Shown: positions 45,559-56,096, numbered from the stretch's first letter. The stretch: 64,000 bases of DNA from Deltaproteobacteria bacterium (GCA_040218735.1 JAVJQW010000062.1:192001-256000), one strand, 5' to 3'. Notes: a model not told the origin generated them from the letters alone. Translations and numbers: made by a program.

Positions 45559-46175
45559 GCAGATTTCTCGCGCTTGGCCACGGTTCGGTAGAACGCGATG
45601 AAGTACTCCGCGGCGCTCAACACGGAGAACGCGACCGACAGATAGAGGAAGTACGTGCCGACGCGGTGGAAGCTCACGGGCTCCTCGAGGAAGTCGAAGA
45701 GCGGGTAGCTGTAGTGCACCAGCAAACACCAGATGCCGACCATCTGCAGCGCCGTCTTCTGCTTGCCGAGGTTGCGCGCCGCGATCACAAGGCCCTCGCT
45801 CGCCGCGATCGTGCGCAGGCCGTTGATGACCGTCTCGCGCGACAGGATCACGAACACCACCCACGGCGACACGCGCCCCAGGTGCACGAGCATCACCAGC
45901 GTGCCCATCACGATCAGCTTGTCCGCGAGCGGGTCGAGGAACTTGCCGATCAACGAGATCAGGTTGAAGCGACGCGCAAGGTAACCGTCGAGCGCGTCGG
46001 TGGCGGACGCCGCCGCGAACGTCATCGCCGCGATGAACGCGTTGCGCGGGGAGTCGTACAGCATCAACAGCAGCACGAACGGAATCGAGCCGATCCGCGC
46101 GTACGTGATCAGGTTCGGGATCTGAACCGCCTGCGCCTTCAGCGTGACGCGCTTGGGCTTCACGGCCGCCGTCAT
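45555..46175 (-). CDS. pgsA: CDP-diacylglycerol--glycerol-3-phosphate 3-phosphatidyltransferase
   Basis: PNLITYARI, TDALDGYLARR, GKFLDPLADK and GKQKTALQM motifs. Confidence 0.95.
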   Translation of the reverse strand: MTAAVKPKRVTLKAQAVQIPNLITYARIGSIPFVLLLMLYDSPRNAFIAAMTFAAASATDALDGYLARRFNLISLIGKFLDPLADKLIVMGTLVMLVHLGRVSPWVVFVILSRETVINGLRTIAASEGLVIAARNLGKQKTALQMVGIWCLLVHYSYPLFDFLEEPVSFHRVGTYFLYLSVAFSVLSAAEYFIAFYRTVAKREKSA

Positions 46176-46855
46176 CCGTTCTTCCGGTAGTGCCGGTACA
46201 TCTGCAGGACACGCCGCACGTAGCGCTGCGTCTCGCGGATGTTCGGGATGCGGCCGAGGCGCTTCACCCGCTCCGGGCCCGAGTTGTACGCCGCCGCGAC
46301 CAACGCCATGTTGCCTTCGAACTGGTTCGCCAGGATGCGCAGGTACCGCGCCCCACCGAAGATGCTCTGACGCGGGTCGAACGGGTCCTCGACGTTCATC
46401 AAGTCCGCCGTCGCGTCGATCATCTGCATCAACCCCTTCGCGTCCGCGTGCGAGACCGCGTCGGGATCGAAGTTCGACTCCACCTTCGCCACCGCCTTCA
46501 GGAACGCAAACGGCAGCCGGTAGTGCTCCGCCGCCTCGCGGAAGATGTCGTCGTAGCGCGTGACCTGAACCGGGTAGACCACCCGCTCCTCACCCGAGGG
46601 CACGATGATCACCAGCGGCTTCTCACCGCCGAAACCCTCCGCCTCGGACGCACCGCGCGACGCGTAGGGCTTGTAGTTCGCGTTGGGCGTCACGTTCGTC
46701 AGGTGAATCACGCCTTCGTCGTCGACCCAGCTGTACAGCTCAGCCCGCGCCGTCGTCGCCGTGAACGCACCGAGCGCCACGAGCCCCGTGATGATCCCCA
46801 GACGCACCAGCCTCCAGCTTACCAGCAGTCGTGCGGACGGCACAGGAATCGTCAC
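46172..46855 (-). CDS. lytic transglycosylase (SLT) with N-terminal DUF4124-like domain
   Basis: YSWVDDEGVIHLTN, VAKVESNF, AKGLMQM, AAYNSG and ETQRYV motifs. Start uncertain. Confidence 0.88.
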   Translation of the reverse strand: MTIPVPSARLLVSWRLVRLGIITGLVALGAFTATTARAELYSWVDDEGVIHLTNVTPNANYKPYASRGASEAEGFGGEKPLVIIVPSGEERVVYPVQVTRYDDIFREAAEHYRLPFAFLKAVAKVESNFDPDAVSHADAKGLMQMIDATADLMNVEDPFDPRQSIFGGARYLRILANQFEGNMALVAAAYNSGPERVKRLGRIPNIRETQRYVRRVLQMYRHYRKNG

Positions 46856-46876
46856 GGCGTGGTAGGTTGACCGCCG

Positions 46877-48517
46877 ATGTCGACGCAGTGCGACGCCCTC
46901 GTCATCGGCAGCGGGATCGCCGCCCTCACCTACGCGCTCGAAGCCTCGAAACGCGGCCGCAAGGTCGTCATCGTCACCAAACGCGAAGCCAACGAAGCCA
47001 ACACCGCCTACGCGCAAGGCGGCATCGCGTCCGTCCTCGAACCCGAGGACTCCTTCGACGCCCACGTCGAGGACACCCTGCGCGCCGGCGCCGGGCTCTG
47101 CCGCCGCTCCGTCGTCGAGCTCGTCGTGAAGGAGGGCCCCGCCGCCATCCAGCGCCTGATCGACCTCGGCGTCGAGTTCGACCGCGCCGACGGCGCCGAA
47201 GACGCCGGCGTCGAGTACGACCTCACCCGCGAAGGCGGACACTCGTTCCGCCGCGTCTACCACGCCGGCGACATCACCGGCGCCGAGGTCATGCGCGGCC
47301 TCCTCGCCGCGCTCGACGCCGCCGAAAACGTCGAGATCCTCGAGCACCACACCGCGGTCGACCTCCTCACCGTGCGCAAGGTCGAAGGCCTGAAGGCGCA
47401 CGCCACCGCCACGCGCGCCGCCGAGAACCGCTGCCTCGGCGCCTACGTCCTCGACGACGAGACCGGCACCGTCCACACCTTCCGCGCCCCCGTCACGGTG
47501 CTCGCGACCGGCGGCGCGTCGAAGGTCTACTTGTACACCTCGAACCCCGACATCGCGTCCGGCGACGGCGTCGCCATGGCGTGGCGCGTGGGCGCCGAGG
47601 TCGCGAACATGGAGTTCATCCAGTTCCACCCGACGTGCCTGTTCCACCCGCAGGCCAAGTCGTTCCTGATCTCCGAAGCGCTCCGCGGCGAAGGCGGCCT
47701 CCTCCGCCGCCGCGACGGCACACGCTTCATGGAGTCCTACCACCCCATGAAGGAGCTCGCCCCGCGTGACATCGTCGCCCGCGCGATCGACACCGAGCTC
47801 AAACGCACCGGTGACGACTTCGTCGTCCTCGACATGACCCACCTGGACGGCGACTTCCTCGCGAAGCGCTTCCCGAACATCCACGAGACCTGCCTGCAGT
47901 ACGGCATCGACATGCGCACGATGCCCATCCCGGTCGTCCCGGCGGCGCACTACGTCTGCGGCGGCGTCGTCACCGACGACGTGGGCGAGTCGACCATCCC
48001 CGGCCTCTTCGCCGTCGGCGAAGTCGCGTGCACCGGCCTGCACGGCGCCAACCGCCTCGCGTCCAACAGCCTCCTCGAAGGCGCCGTCTTCGGCCACCGC
48101 GCCGCCGACGCCGCCGAGCGCTACTACGCCATGACCCTCCCCTCCCACGAGGTCCCCGAGTGGGACCCCGGCAACGCCGTCCCCTCCGACGAGCTCGTCG
48201 TCATCAGCCAGTGCTGGGACGAGATCCGAAGGTTCATGTGGAACTACGTCGGCATCGTGCGGAGCGACCGGCGATTGCAGCGCGCGCAGCGCCGCATCGC
48301 GACGCTCGAAGAAGAGATCCGCGAGTTCTACTGGCGCGCGACCGTCACGCGCGACCTGATCGAGCTGCGAAACCTCTGCACCGTCGCGGACCTCATCGTG
48401 CGATGCGCGAGGCAACGCCGCGAGTCGCGCGGCCTGCACTACTCGATCGACTACCCGACGCTCGACAAAACCGAGCCCCCCCGCGACACCGTGCTCGCGC
48501 GGCGAGAGCTCGTTTAG
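46877..48517 (+). CDS. nadB: L-aspartate oxidase
   Basis: YAQGGIA, REGGHS, EFIQFHPT, ELAPRDIVARAI, GLHGANRLASNSLLE and ESRGLH motifs. Confidence 0.96.
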   Translation: MSTQCDALVIGSGIAALTYALEASKRGRKVVIVTKREANEANTAYAQGGIASVLEPEDSFDAHVEDTLRAGAGLCRRSVVELVVKEGPAAIQRLIDLGVEFDRADGAEDAGVEYDLTREGGHSFRRVYHAGDITGAEVMRGLLAALDAAENVEILEHHTAVDLLTVRKVEGLKAHATATRAAENRCLGAYVLDDETGTVHTFRAPVTVLATGGASKVYLYTSNPDIASGDGVAMAWRVGAEVANMEFIQFHPTCLFHPQAKSFLISEALRGEGGLLRRRDGTRFMESYHPMKELAPRDIVARAIDTELKRTGDDFVVLDMTHLDGDFLAKRFPNIHETCLQYGIDMRTMPIPVVPAAHYVCGGVVTDDVGESTIPGLFAVGEVACTGLHGANRLASNSLLEGAVFGHRAADAAERYYAMTLPSHEVPEWDPGNAVPSDELVVISQCWDEIRRFMWNYVGIVRSDRRLQRAQRRIATLEEEIREFYWRATVTRDLIELRNLCTVADLIVRCARQRRESRGLHYSIDYPTLDKTEPPRDTVLARRELV

Positions 48518-48520
48518 CGC

Positions 48521-50851
48521 CTACAGCGACTCCAGGAACGCCAACAGGTCCGCGCGCTCCTGGGCGCTCAGCATCTCCACGTTCATCCGCACCGCGTCCG
48601 CCTCCGCCTCGTGCGCCGCGATCGCTTGCTCGATCGTCGTCGCCGAGCCGTCGTGCAGGTACGGCGCCGTGTCGCGCAGGCCCCACAGGGGCGACGTCCG
48701 GAAGTGCCGGATGGACGCCATCCCGTCCGCGATGCCCACCGCGTTCGGCGGGGCCACGTCGTGCAGCAGCAGGTCCGAGTACAACGGGACGTCGTTGCCG
48801 TCCTCGTCCTGAAGCGTCGGGATGTGGCACCCCGTGCAGCCGACCGAGTCGAACAGCATCTCGCCGCGCACCACGGCTGCGTCCGTAGCGTTCACGCGCG
48901 GAGGCGGCGCGAGGTTCTCCATGAAGAACGTCAGATCGTCGAGCTCGGGCTGCGTGATCTCCGGGTCCGCGACGTCGTCTTCGTCGGTCAGGAAACCGAA
49001 GGGGCTCGTCGCGTCCTCGGGGACCGTCAGACCGATCTCGTTCGACGTCGCGTCGCGCGAAAACTCCGCGAGGGAGGGGACGTTCGCCTTCCAACCCAGG
49101 CGCCCGATGCGACCGTCGGGCAGCACGTGCGCGATGCCCCGGATGCCGTCGCCGTCCACGTCCATCGGGTCCTCGTTCCCGATGATGTTCACCTCCGAGA
49201 TCCGATCGATCATCCCGAGCCCGAACAGCGGCGGCGTCTGACGCATCTCGAACACCGACGCCTGCTCCTCCGCCGGCGGACGCTGCTCGGGGTCCGACGC
49301 GATCTTGTGCGCCATCGTCCCGTTCGCCGGCGGCGTGAAGACACCGTTGTCGACGTAGCCGTGGCGCATCACGTTCAACCCGAGCGGCCCCGAACCACCG
49401 ATCACCGGATCGAAGTGGCAAGCTCGACACGAGTCACCGTTGAACGTCGGGCCGAGGCCGGCACCCAGCTTCGTGTCGTCGTCGAAGATCTTCCGGCCAC
49501 GCACGAACTGCTCCGCGTCCGCGCCCGTCAACGCCGCCGCCGGCCCCCCGTACTCACCGGGCGCCGGCACCGGCGCGTTCGGCGGGAGCAACCCGTCCGT
49601 CTTCTTGCTCTTCCCGCCGAGCGCCTCCAGGAACGTGACCACCTCCCCGCGCGTGCCCTCCGTCGCCGCAAGGTACGCGTCGCGCGCGGCCGTCGCCTCG
49701 CCGCCGTGCATGCGAATCGCGTCGTCGATCGTGTCGGCGCGACCGTCGTGCAGGAACGGCCCGGTCGGCGCGAGGCCCCACAGCGGCTGCGTGCGGAACT
49801 CGCTCCCCGTCGCTTCCTTCATGCGAATCCCGTCCGCGAGCTCGGGCCCCATGTCGTGCAGCAACAGATCCGAATAGACCGGAATCGAGCCGCGCGGGCT
49901 CACGAGCGTCGGCACGTGGCAGCCGTCGCAACCCATGTCCATGAACGCACGCTCGCCGCGCTCACCCGCGTCGTCCAACGCGTCCGGCGCGGGCGCCGCG
50001 AGCAACATCGCGAAGGCGATCAGATCGAAGAGGTCCTGCTCCGACATCTCCGGATCAATCACGCCGTCCTCGTCGACGGTGGGCTCGTCCGGCGCCGCCG
50101 CCTGACCGTGCCCGGTGGTCCCGTACTCCGCCGTCAGCGCGCGCACGTTGCTGTCCGCCGCGCTCGGCACCGGCAGCGCCGCCTTGCGCTCCTCGGAGAG
50201 CGGGACCGTCGTGACGCCGAGGTGGTTGAACAGCGGGCCGCGGATGAAGCCCTCGATCGACACCGTCTGCGACTTGCGCCCGAAGCGCCCCACGAAGCCG
50301 CGGTCATAGTTGGGCCGGCCGCTGATGCCGTCGCCGTCCGCATCGTCCGGGTCGGCGTTCACGAGGATGGCCTCGTTCGTCAGCTCCGCGAGGAGCCCGA
50401 CGCCGAAGAACGGGATACCGTTGCGCGTCGCGATGACGTTGGTGCCCTCCGCCGTCGGCACGCGGGAGGGCCCCTCCAGCTCGAACTGCGTCTGCACACC
50501 GTTCTTGCCCGTCGCGGTGAAGGAGCCGTCCGACAGCTCCTGTCCCACCAACAGGAAGTTGCGGTACCGCGGCGCCGAGCCGCCGGTGACCGGCTTTTCG
50601 TGGCACGACGCGCAGAAGGTGACGTTGAAGTCCGGACCGAGCCCCATCTCGGGGGTGATGCGACGCTCCGCGACCTCTTTGCCGCGCTCGAAGATCTCTC
50701 GCTGCTCGGCGGTGGCGAACGGGACGATCTCGCCCATCGGCGCGAAGATGTTCGACGGAATCGGGGGCGGCACGTACGTGTCGTCACCGTCGTCGTCCCC
50801 CGTGCAGGCGAACGCCGCCGTCAGCATCAACACCCCGACCGTCTTCTTCAT
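48521..50851 (-). CDS. lipoprotein with two tandem di-heme oxidoreductase (DHOR) domains
   Basis: Lipobox AFAC and two copies of GLGPxFN..CxxCH / GRFGxK / CxxCH..YSDLLLHD..FRTxPLWG..LHDG, giving 4 CxxCH. Confidence 0.88.
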   Translation of the reverse strand: MKKTVGVLMLTAAFACTGDDDGDDTYVPPPIPSNIFAPMGEIVPFATAEQREIFERGKEVAERRITPEMGLGPDFNVTFCASCHEKPVTGGSAPRYRNFLLVGQELSDGSFTATGKNGVQTQFELEGPSRVPTAEGTNVIATRNGIPFFGVGLLAELTNEAILVNADPDDADGDGISGRPNYDRGFVGRFGRKSQTVSIEGFIRGPLFNHLGVTTVPLSEERKAALPVPSAADSNVRALTAEYGTTGHGQAAAPDEPTVDEDGVIDPEMSEQDLFDLIAFAMLLAAPAPDALDDAGERGERAFMDMGCDGCHVPTLVSPRGSIPVYSDLLLHDMGPELADGIRMKEATGSEFRTQPLWGLAPTGPFLHDGRADTIDDAIRMHGGEATAARDAYLAATEGTRGEVVTFLEALGGKSKKTDGLLPPNAPVPAPGEYGGPAAALTGADAEQFVRGRKIFDDDTKLGAGLGPTFNGDSCRACHFDPVIGGSGPLGLNVMRHGYVDNGVFTPPANGTMAHKIASDPEQRPPAEEQASVFEMRQTPPLFGLGMIDRISEVNIIGNEDPMDVDGDGIRGIAHVLPDGRIGRLGWKANVPSLAEFSRDATSNEIGLTVPEDATSPFGFLTDEDDVADPEITQPELDDLTFFMENLAPPPRVNATDAAVVRGEMLFDSVGCTGCHIPTLQDEDGNDVPLYSDLLLHDVAPPNAVGIADGMASIRHFRTSPLWGLRDTAPYLHDGSATTIEQAIAAHEAEADAVRMNVEMLSAQERADLLAFLESL

Positions 50852-50858
50852 CTCGTCC

Positions 50859-51863
50859 TCACTCGTCGGCTGCGAGCCCTCGCTCGTAAGCAATTCCGCG
50901 GTAGGGCCCCTGCACCTGCAGGAAGTTGCCGCCCACGGTCGTCAGCCCTTCGCTGTGACCATAGACCGCGTGAAAGTCCCTGGCTTCTCCGGACAGCCCG
51001 TCCTCGGTGGTCTCGAGCGACGTGAAGTCGACCTTCGCGAGCGTCCCGGACACCCCCACGACGTGAATCACGTCCGGATCGCGCATCCACACGCCGTTCA
51101 GCCCCGGCAGCGGCGCCAGCGACTGATAGTTCCAGTTCGAGCCATCCCAGGTCACGATCTGCCCGTTGTTCCTACCGCCGACGATCGCGATTCGGTCCGC
51201 CGAGGTGCCCCACAACGCGATGAGATCCTCGCTCGTCCCGACCAGCGCCTCCGTCCATTCCGTCCCGTCGAAGTGGACGACCGTCCCGCGCTGCCCGACC
51301 GCGTAGACGTTGTTGGCCGACGTCCCCCAAACCTTGAACAACGCGTTCACGCGCGGCCGCTCCAGCTCGGGCAACGCGACGTGCGACCACACGCCGTTCT
51401 GCCGACGCAGCAGCGTGAGGTCCCCCTCCTGTCGGCCGTTCCCGCCGACCGCCCAGACGTCGTCGGACGAAGCGCCCCACACCCCCCACAGGTTCTGCGT
51501 GGTGCTGGAGCTCTCGACCGTGAACGCGCTGCCGTCCCAGTGCAGGATCGTCCCCTCGTTGCCGACGACGAAGACGTCGTCCGCCGCGAACCCGTACGAC
51601 CAGTTCAACAGCGGGGTCTCGGCGGGGAGGTCCGCGGGCGTCGCTGCGGTGCCGTCGTACCGGAGCAGTCGCCCGGCGTCGGGCTGGCCACCCGCGATCC
51701 ACAGGTCGTTCGGTGCGACGCCCCAGACCGAGAGGAGCCAGCCGTCGTTCTCCGCGTCGAACGCTTCGGTCCAGGCGGGTGGCGTGTCGTCGTCCCCGCC
51801 GTCGTCGCCCGAGCCGTTGCAGGCGACGAGGAGCGCGGCGGCGAGGAGCGTCGTTCGTTTCAC
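50859..51863 (-). CDS. beta-propeller lipoprotein (WGxxxxDVWAVG repeats)
   Basis: Lipobox LVAC and repeated VWG..DVWAVG..GTI.H.DG units. Confidence 0.8.
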   Translation of the reverse strand: MKRTTLLAAALLVACNGSGDDGGDDDTPPAWTEAFDAENDGWLLSVWGVAPNDLWIAGGQPDAGRLLRYDGTAATPADLPAETPLLNWSYGFAADDVFVVGNEGTILHWDGSAFTVESSSTTQNLWGVWGASSDDVWAVGGNGRQEGDLTLLRRQNGVWSHVALPELERPRVNALFKVWGTSANNVYAVGQRGTVVHFDGTEWTEALVGTSEDLIALWGTSADRIAIVGGRNNGQIVTWDGSNWNYQSLAPLPGLNGVWMRDPDVIHVVGVSGTLAKVDFTSLETTEDGLSGEARDFHAVYGHSEGLTTVGGNFLQVQGPYRGIAYERGLAADE

Positions 51864-52492
51864 GGCGTCTTGATCCTCCAGGTCATGTTCGCGGCGCCGA
51901 GCGCCGACGTCACGCGGAGCTCCAGCTTCTTGGTCTTCGGCGTGAGCACGGGCTCGCCGGTGAACGTGTTGCGCGGGAACCGCACCGCGTACGTGTTCGC
52001 GTACGGCGTGATGTACGGGTAGATGGCGCGCAGGTTCGCGGTCGTCTTCACGCGCTCCACCTTGCCGTCCACCGGCTCACCGTCGTCGCTCCGCAGGGTG
52101 ATACGCCAGATGGAGTCGGCGCGGTTGAAGTCGTTCCAGCGCTGGTTCGCGGTCGACGCCGCGACGAAGAACTCCAGGTAGTCCTCCGACTCCTGGTTCG
52201 TGAGCATCAGGCGCGACGCCTCTTCGCTGCCGGGCCCGTACACATCGGGGTGGCGGATCAGGAACGCGCGCCGAAACGCGGGGGAGTGGTAGGTCACGTG
52301 GAAGAACGCGATGCGATAGAGGACGTCGTAGACCTCGTCGTGCCGCGTCCAGTCGCCGAGGACGTCGTCGTAGTCGTCCGGGGCGATCTTCTGCGTCGCG
52401 GCGAGCGCGTGGGCGCGGTCCGCCGGGGTCGTGCAGCCCGCGACCGCGAGGGACGCGATCAGGGCGGTGCCAAGGAGCGCTCGAGCCAACAT
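51860..52492 (-). CDS. hypothetical lipoprotein
   Basis: Lipobox VAGC, with overlapping stop/start on both sides. Confidence 0.7.
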   Translation of the reverse strand: MLARALLGTALIASLAVAGCTTPADRAHALAATQKIAPDDYDDVLGDWTRHDEVYDVLYRIAFFHVTYHSPAFRRAFLIRHPDVYGPGSEEASRLMLTNQESEDYLEFFVAASTANQRWNDFNRADSIWRITLRSDDGEPVDGKVERVKTTANLRAIYPYITPYANTYAVRFPRNTFTGEPVLTPKTKKLELRVTSALGAANMTWRIKTP

Positions 52493-53088
52493 CAGACCGT
52501 CGTAGTCTGGAGGAAGTCGCTGCGATCGAACAGCGTGACGAGCTCCACGTCGGCGGCCTCCAGGTTCGCCCGACCGCCTTCGAGGCGATCCACGAGCCCG
52601 ATGACCAGGCGCACCACGTAGCCGGCCTCACGCACGCGCTCGACCGCCTTCAGCGACGACGCGCCGGTGGTGACGACGTCCTCGAGGATCGCGACCTCGA
52701 TGCCGTCCGCCACGTGTTTCATCCCCTCGATGTAACGCCCGGTGCCGTGGCCCTTCGCCTCCTTGCGGACGATGAACGCCGGGCGCGGGTCGTCGAGGAG
52801 CGCCGAGGTCATCGACGCCGCGCTCGCGATCGGGTCCGCCCCGAGCGTGAGGCCACCGACCGCGCCGATCGTGTGGCCGCTGCGCTCCTCGTACGCGACG
52901 ACGGCGTCGTGAATGAGGCGCCCGACGTAGACGTGCCCGACGGCGTCGAGCGTCACCTGCTTCGAGTCGAAGTAGAAGTTCGACTTCAGCCCGGAGGAGA
53001 GCGTGACCTCGCGCTCCTCGAAGGCGCGCTCCTTCATCATGGTGTGCAGCGCCGCGCGCGCGGCTTCGGGGGTGGGTAGCTCTTTCAT
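52492..53088 (-). CDS. pyrE: orotate phosphoribosyltransferase
   Basis: LSSGLKSNFYFD, GGLTLGADPIA, VRKEAKGHG and ILEDVVTTG (PRPP motif). Confidence 0.95.
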   Translation of the reverse strand: MKELPTPEAARAALHTMMKERAFEEREVTLSSGLKSNFYFDSKQVTLDAVGHVYVGRLIHDAVVAYEERSGHTIGAVGGLTLGADPIASAASMTSALLDDPRPAFIVRKEAKGHGTGRYIEGMKHVADGIEVAILEDVVTTGASSLKAVERVREAGYVVRLVIGLVDRLEGGRANLEAADVELVTLFDRSDFLQTTTV

Positions 53089-53606
53089 CGTCGTTTCTTG
53101 ATCACGACGCGGCGCTTCTTGCGCTCGTCGTGCGGGGACTTGGGTGCGGAGAAGGTCGTGACGGCGGTACGCGGACGCTCGGGCTCGCGCGGGGTCGGAT
53201 CGATGTGGGTCACCTCCGGCTGCGAACGCTCCTCGATGCGCGGCGCCTCGAAGCGGGGCTTCGTGGGGGTGCGCTCGTCGCCGATCGTCAGGCGCCCGCT
53301 CAAGCGCGCGCCCGGCGCGAGCTTCACGCTCGGCGCGGTGAGGTCACCGAGAACCCGCCCGTCGGCGCCGACCTCGATCGCGCCCTCGGCGGTCACGTCG
53401 CCGACCAGCGCGCCCGCGATCACCACGCGCCGCGCGTTGACGTCGGCCTTCACGACGCCGCCCGGCTCGACGTAGAGCACGCCGTCCAGCGCGATCGCTC
53501 CTTCGACGCGTCCGCGCACGACGAGGTCCTCCGCGCCGCGCAGCGTGCCGCGCACGGCGGCGTTCGCCGAGATCTCGGTCTTCAGCTCCGTGAACTGCTT
53601 TGCCAT
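53085..53606 (-). CDS. bactofilin with disordered C-terminal tail (BacP-like)
   Basis: Bactofilin beta-solenoid (EDLVVRGRVEGAI..GDLTAP) and a Pro-rich tail ending KKRRVVIKKRR. Confidence 0.88.
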   Translation of the reverse strand: MAKQFTELKTEISANAAVRGTLRGAEDLVVRGRVEGAIALDGVLYVEPGGVVKADVNARRVVIAGALVGDVTAEGAIEVGADGRVLGDLTAPSVKLAPGARLSGRLTIGDERTPTKPRFEAPRIEERSQPEVTHIDPTPREPERPRTAVTTFSAPKSPHDERKKRRVVIKKRR

Positions 53607-53917
53607 CCGTCCATCTCGATGTGGCCGCGGTACTTGGCGCCGTCCGCGATCTGTACGCGCGGCGAAGCGAGGTCCCCGGCCACGCGGCCCTCGGCGGTGA
53701 TCTCGATGCGCGTCGTCGCCTCGACGCGCCCCTCGACGGTGCCCGACACGTGCACCGTCTCGGCCTGCACGGTGCCGTCGACGGTCGCGCTCGACTCCAC
53801 GACGACGTCCTCGGCGGCGTCGATCGTCCCGCGTAGCTGCCCGTGGATCACCACGGGGTCCTCGCTCGCGAGGTCGCCCTCGATCTCGATGGTTCGGCCT
53901 ATCGTCGTGCGGTCCAC
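53582..53917 (-). CDS. bactofilin (BacO-like position)
   Basis: TTIGRTIEIEGDL..VSGTVEG..GDLASPRVQIADGAKYRGHIEM. Confidence 0.9.
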   Translation of the reverse strand: MDRTTIGRTIEIEGDLASEDPVVIHGQLRGTIDAAEDVVVESSATVDGTVQAETVHVSGTVEGRVEATTRIEITAEGRVAGDLASPRVQIADGAKYRGHIEMDGWQSSSRS

Positions 53918-53926
53918 GGCGCCTCC

Positions 53927-54265
53927 CTACAGGTCCTCGGGGAGGTCGACGTCCATGTGCACGTTGCCGCGGAACACGGCGCCCTCCTCGATCGTCACGG
54001 ACGGCGCGCGGACGTCGCCGAGCACCGTCGCGCTCGCCTTCACCTCGATCGAATCCGTCGCGGCGATGTTCCCCGACGCGCGTCCGAAGATGACGGCGGT
54101 CTTCACCTCGACCTCGGCCTCGATGACGCCGCCCTCTTTGACGGTGAGTCGGTCGAGCTGGATCTTGCCGTCGACCTTCCCCTCCACGAGCAACGCGCCG
54201 TCGCCCGTCACCTCGCCCCGAATCTCGAGGCCCTTGCCGATCGTGGAGGTCGACGGGTCCGCCAT
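53927..54265 (-). CDS. bactofilin (BacN-like position)
   Basis: STIGKGLEIRGEV..VEGKVDG..GDVRAPSVTIEEGAVFRGNVHM. Confidence 0.9.
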   Translation of the reverse strand: MADPSTSTIGKGLEIRGEVTGDGALLVEGKVDGKIQLDRLTVKEGGVIEAEVEVKTAVIFGRASGNIAATDSIEVKASATVLGDVRAPSVTIEEGAVFRGNVHMDVDLPEDL

Positions 54266-54281
54266 CGCCCTGTGGATAGCC

Positions 54282-55775
54282 TCAGACGCCGAACAGATCC
54301 AGCACCGTGGAGTCGAGCGTGGCCGGACGCGCCCGTTTCTTGGCCCAGTCGCGGAGCCATTTGATGCGCTCCTCGTAGGTCCGGTACAGCGGGACGGTCT
54401 GTTTCATCGCCAGCTCGAGGTCCTCGTCGGTCATCTCGCGGTCCTCGGCGAAGGCCCGGTAGAGCGCGCTGATGACGACCTGCTCCAGCTCGGCGCCCGA
54501 GTAGTGCTCCGCCTGCTTCGCGATGGAGGAGAGGATCGGGAACCGGTCGGGGTCGCGCTGGCGCTTCTTGGTGTGGATCCTCAGGATCTCCAGGCGCTCG
54601 TGCTGGTTCGGGAGGTCGACGAAGAAGATCTCGTCGAAGCGACCGCGCCGCAGCAGCTCGGGCGGCAGCCCGGAGACGTCGTTCGCCGTCGCGACGACGA
54701 ACACCTCAGCCTGCTTCTCCGACAGCCAGGTGATGAACGAGCCGAAGACTCGCGACGTCGACTCGTCGCCGCCGCCCTCCACCGCGCGGAAGCCCTTCTC
54801 GATCTCGTCGACCCAAAGCACGACGGGCGACAGGCTCTCGGAGATCTTGATCGCCTCGCGGATCGCCGCCTCCGGCGCGCCGCCCGCGCTGGAGAACAGC
54901 GCGCCCACGTCGAGGCGCAGCAGCGGGAACTTCCACAGCTCCGCCACGGCCTTCGCCGACAACGACTTGCCGCAGCCCTGCACCCCGAGGAGCAAGAGCC
55001 CCTTCGGCGGCGGCAGGCCGAACGCCCTCGCCTCCGCCCCGAACGCGCGCGAGCGCGCCTGGAGCCAGCGCTTCATCTCCCCGAGCCCGCCGACGTCACC
55101 GAGGCTCTCGCCGAGCTCGTGAAACTCCAGGACGTCGGTCTTGCGGAGGATGTTCTTCTTCTCCTCCACGACGAGCTTGAGGTCCTCGTCGGCGAGGCCC
55201 TTCTTCAGGACCATCACCTTCCGGAACACCCGCGCCGCCTCGTTGAGGCCGAGCCCCAACGCGGAGCGCACGGCGCGCTCGGCGACGTCCGGGTTGAGGC
55301 GAATCTTCTCGGAGCGCGCGACCTTCTCGAGCTCCGCCATCAGGTCGTCGGGGCGCGGGAGCGGCAGGTCGATCACCGCAGCGTCCTTCTCGAGGTCCGG
55401 CGGCAACGCGAGCGTCGGCGCGATGATCACGAACGACTGTCGCCGCCGCATCGCCGGCCCGAGGCGGTCCCGCAGGCGGCGCACCACCGCGGGGTCCTTC
55501 AGGTACGGGTGCAGGTCGAGGAGCACGAACAGCGCCGGGGCGTCACTCTCGGCGAGCTGCTCGAACGCCTCGGCGGGGTGGTCGACGGTCGGGTCGTCCT
55601 CACCTCCGAACCCGACGGACGCCGACCACTGCGCAAACGCCTTCTTCGCGGCGGCCGCGGCGGTCTTCACGAGCTCGAGCGCCCGGTCCTCTTCCTGGGT
55701 GACGACGTAGATCAGCGGGTAGCCCGCGCGGGACAGAACGGCGATCTGTTTTGCGAGCGGATCGAGCGAGGCCAA
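54282..55775 (-). CDS. AAA+ ATPase, Ycf46-like
   Basis: Degenerate N-terminal AAA domain, GVQGCGKS Walker [10 protein letters not shown] Walker B, and [20 protein letters not shown]. Confidence 0.9.
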   Translation of the reverse strand: MASLDPLAKQIAVLSRAGYPLIYVVTQEEDRALELVKTAAAAAKKAFAQWSASVGFGGEDDPTVDHPAEAFEQLAESDAPALFVLLDLHPYLKDPAVVRRLRDRLGPAMRRRQSFVIIAPTLALPPDLEKDAAVIDLPLPRPDDLMAELEKVARSEKIRLNPDVAERAVRSALGLGLNEAARVFRKVMVLKKGLADEDLKLVVEEKKNILRKTDVLEFHELGESLGDVGGLGEMKRWLQARSRAFGAEARAFGLPPPKGLLLLGVQGCGKSLSAKAVAELWKFPLLRLDVGALFSSAGGAPEAAIREAIKISESLSPVVLWVDEIEKGFRAVEGGGDESTSRVFGSFITWLSEKQAEVFVVATANDVSGLPPELLRRGRFDEIFFVDLPNQHERLEILRIHTKKRQRDPDRFPILSSIAKQAEHYSGAELEQVVISALYRAFAEDREMTDEDLELAMKQTVPLYRTYEERIKWLRDWAKKRARPATLDSTVLDLFGV

Positions 55776-55781
55776 AGGACG

Positions 55782-56096
55782 TCAGCCCTTCACGATGACC
55801 TTGCCGGCGCGTTTTCCGCTGGGCCGGTTCGCGATCGCGGAGTCCTGGTTCGGGTCGAGCCCGAGCAGCGGATCCTTCGCCCCGCGAGGCAGCGGCGTCT
55901 CCTCCGCCTCCTCGTCCTCCTCGGGGCGCGCGCGCGCCATGCGGTCCTTCAGGACGTCCCCGAACCCCTTGCGCGGCCTCCCGCGCGTCAGCCGCTCGTG
56001 TTTCTCCTGCCGCTTCTGCAGCTCGTCGATCTCGTCGACCTGGTCGCCATCCCAATCGCCGACGCGACGGCGACGCATCTCGATTCGACGAGTCAC
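55782..56096 (-). CDS. small charged hypothetical protein
   Basis: 104 aa ORF in the co-directional gene run, 6 nt upstream of the AAA gene. Confidence 0.55.
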   Translation of the reverse strand: MTRRIEMRRRRVGDWDGDQVDEIDELQKRQEKHERLTRGRPRKGFGDVLKDRMARARPEEDEEAEETPLPRGAKDPLLGLDPNQDSAIANRPSGKRAGKVIVKG

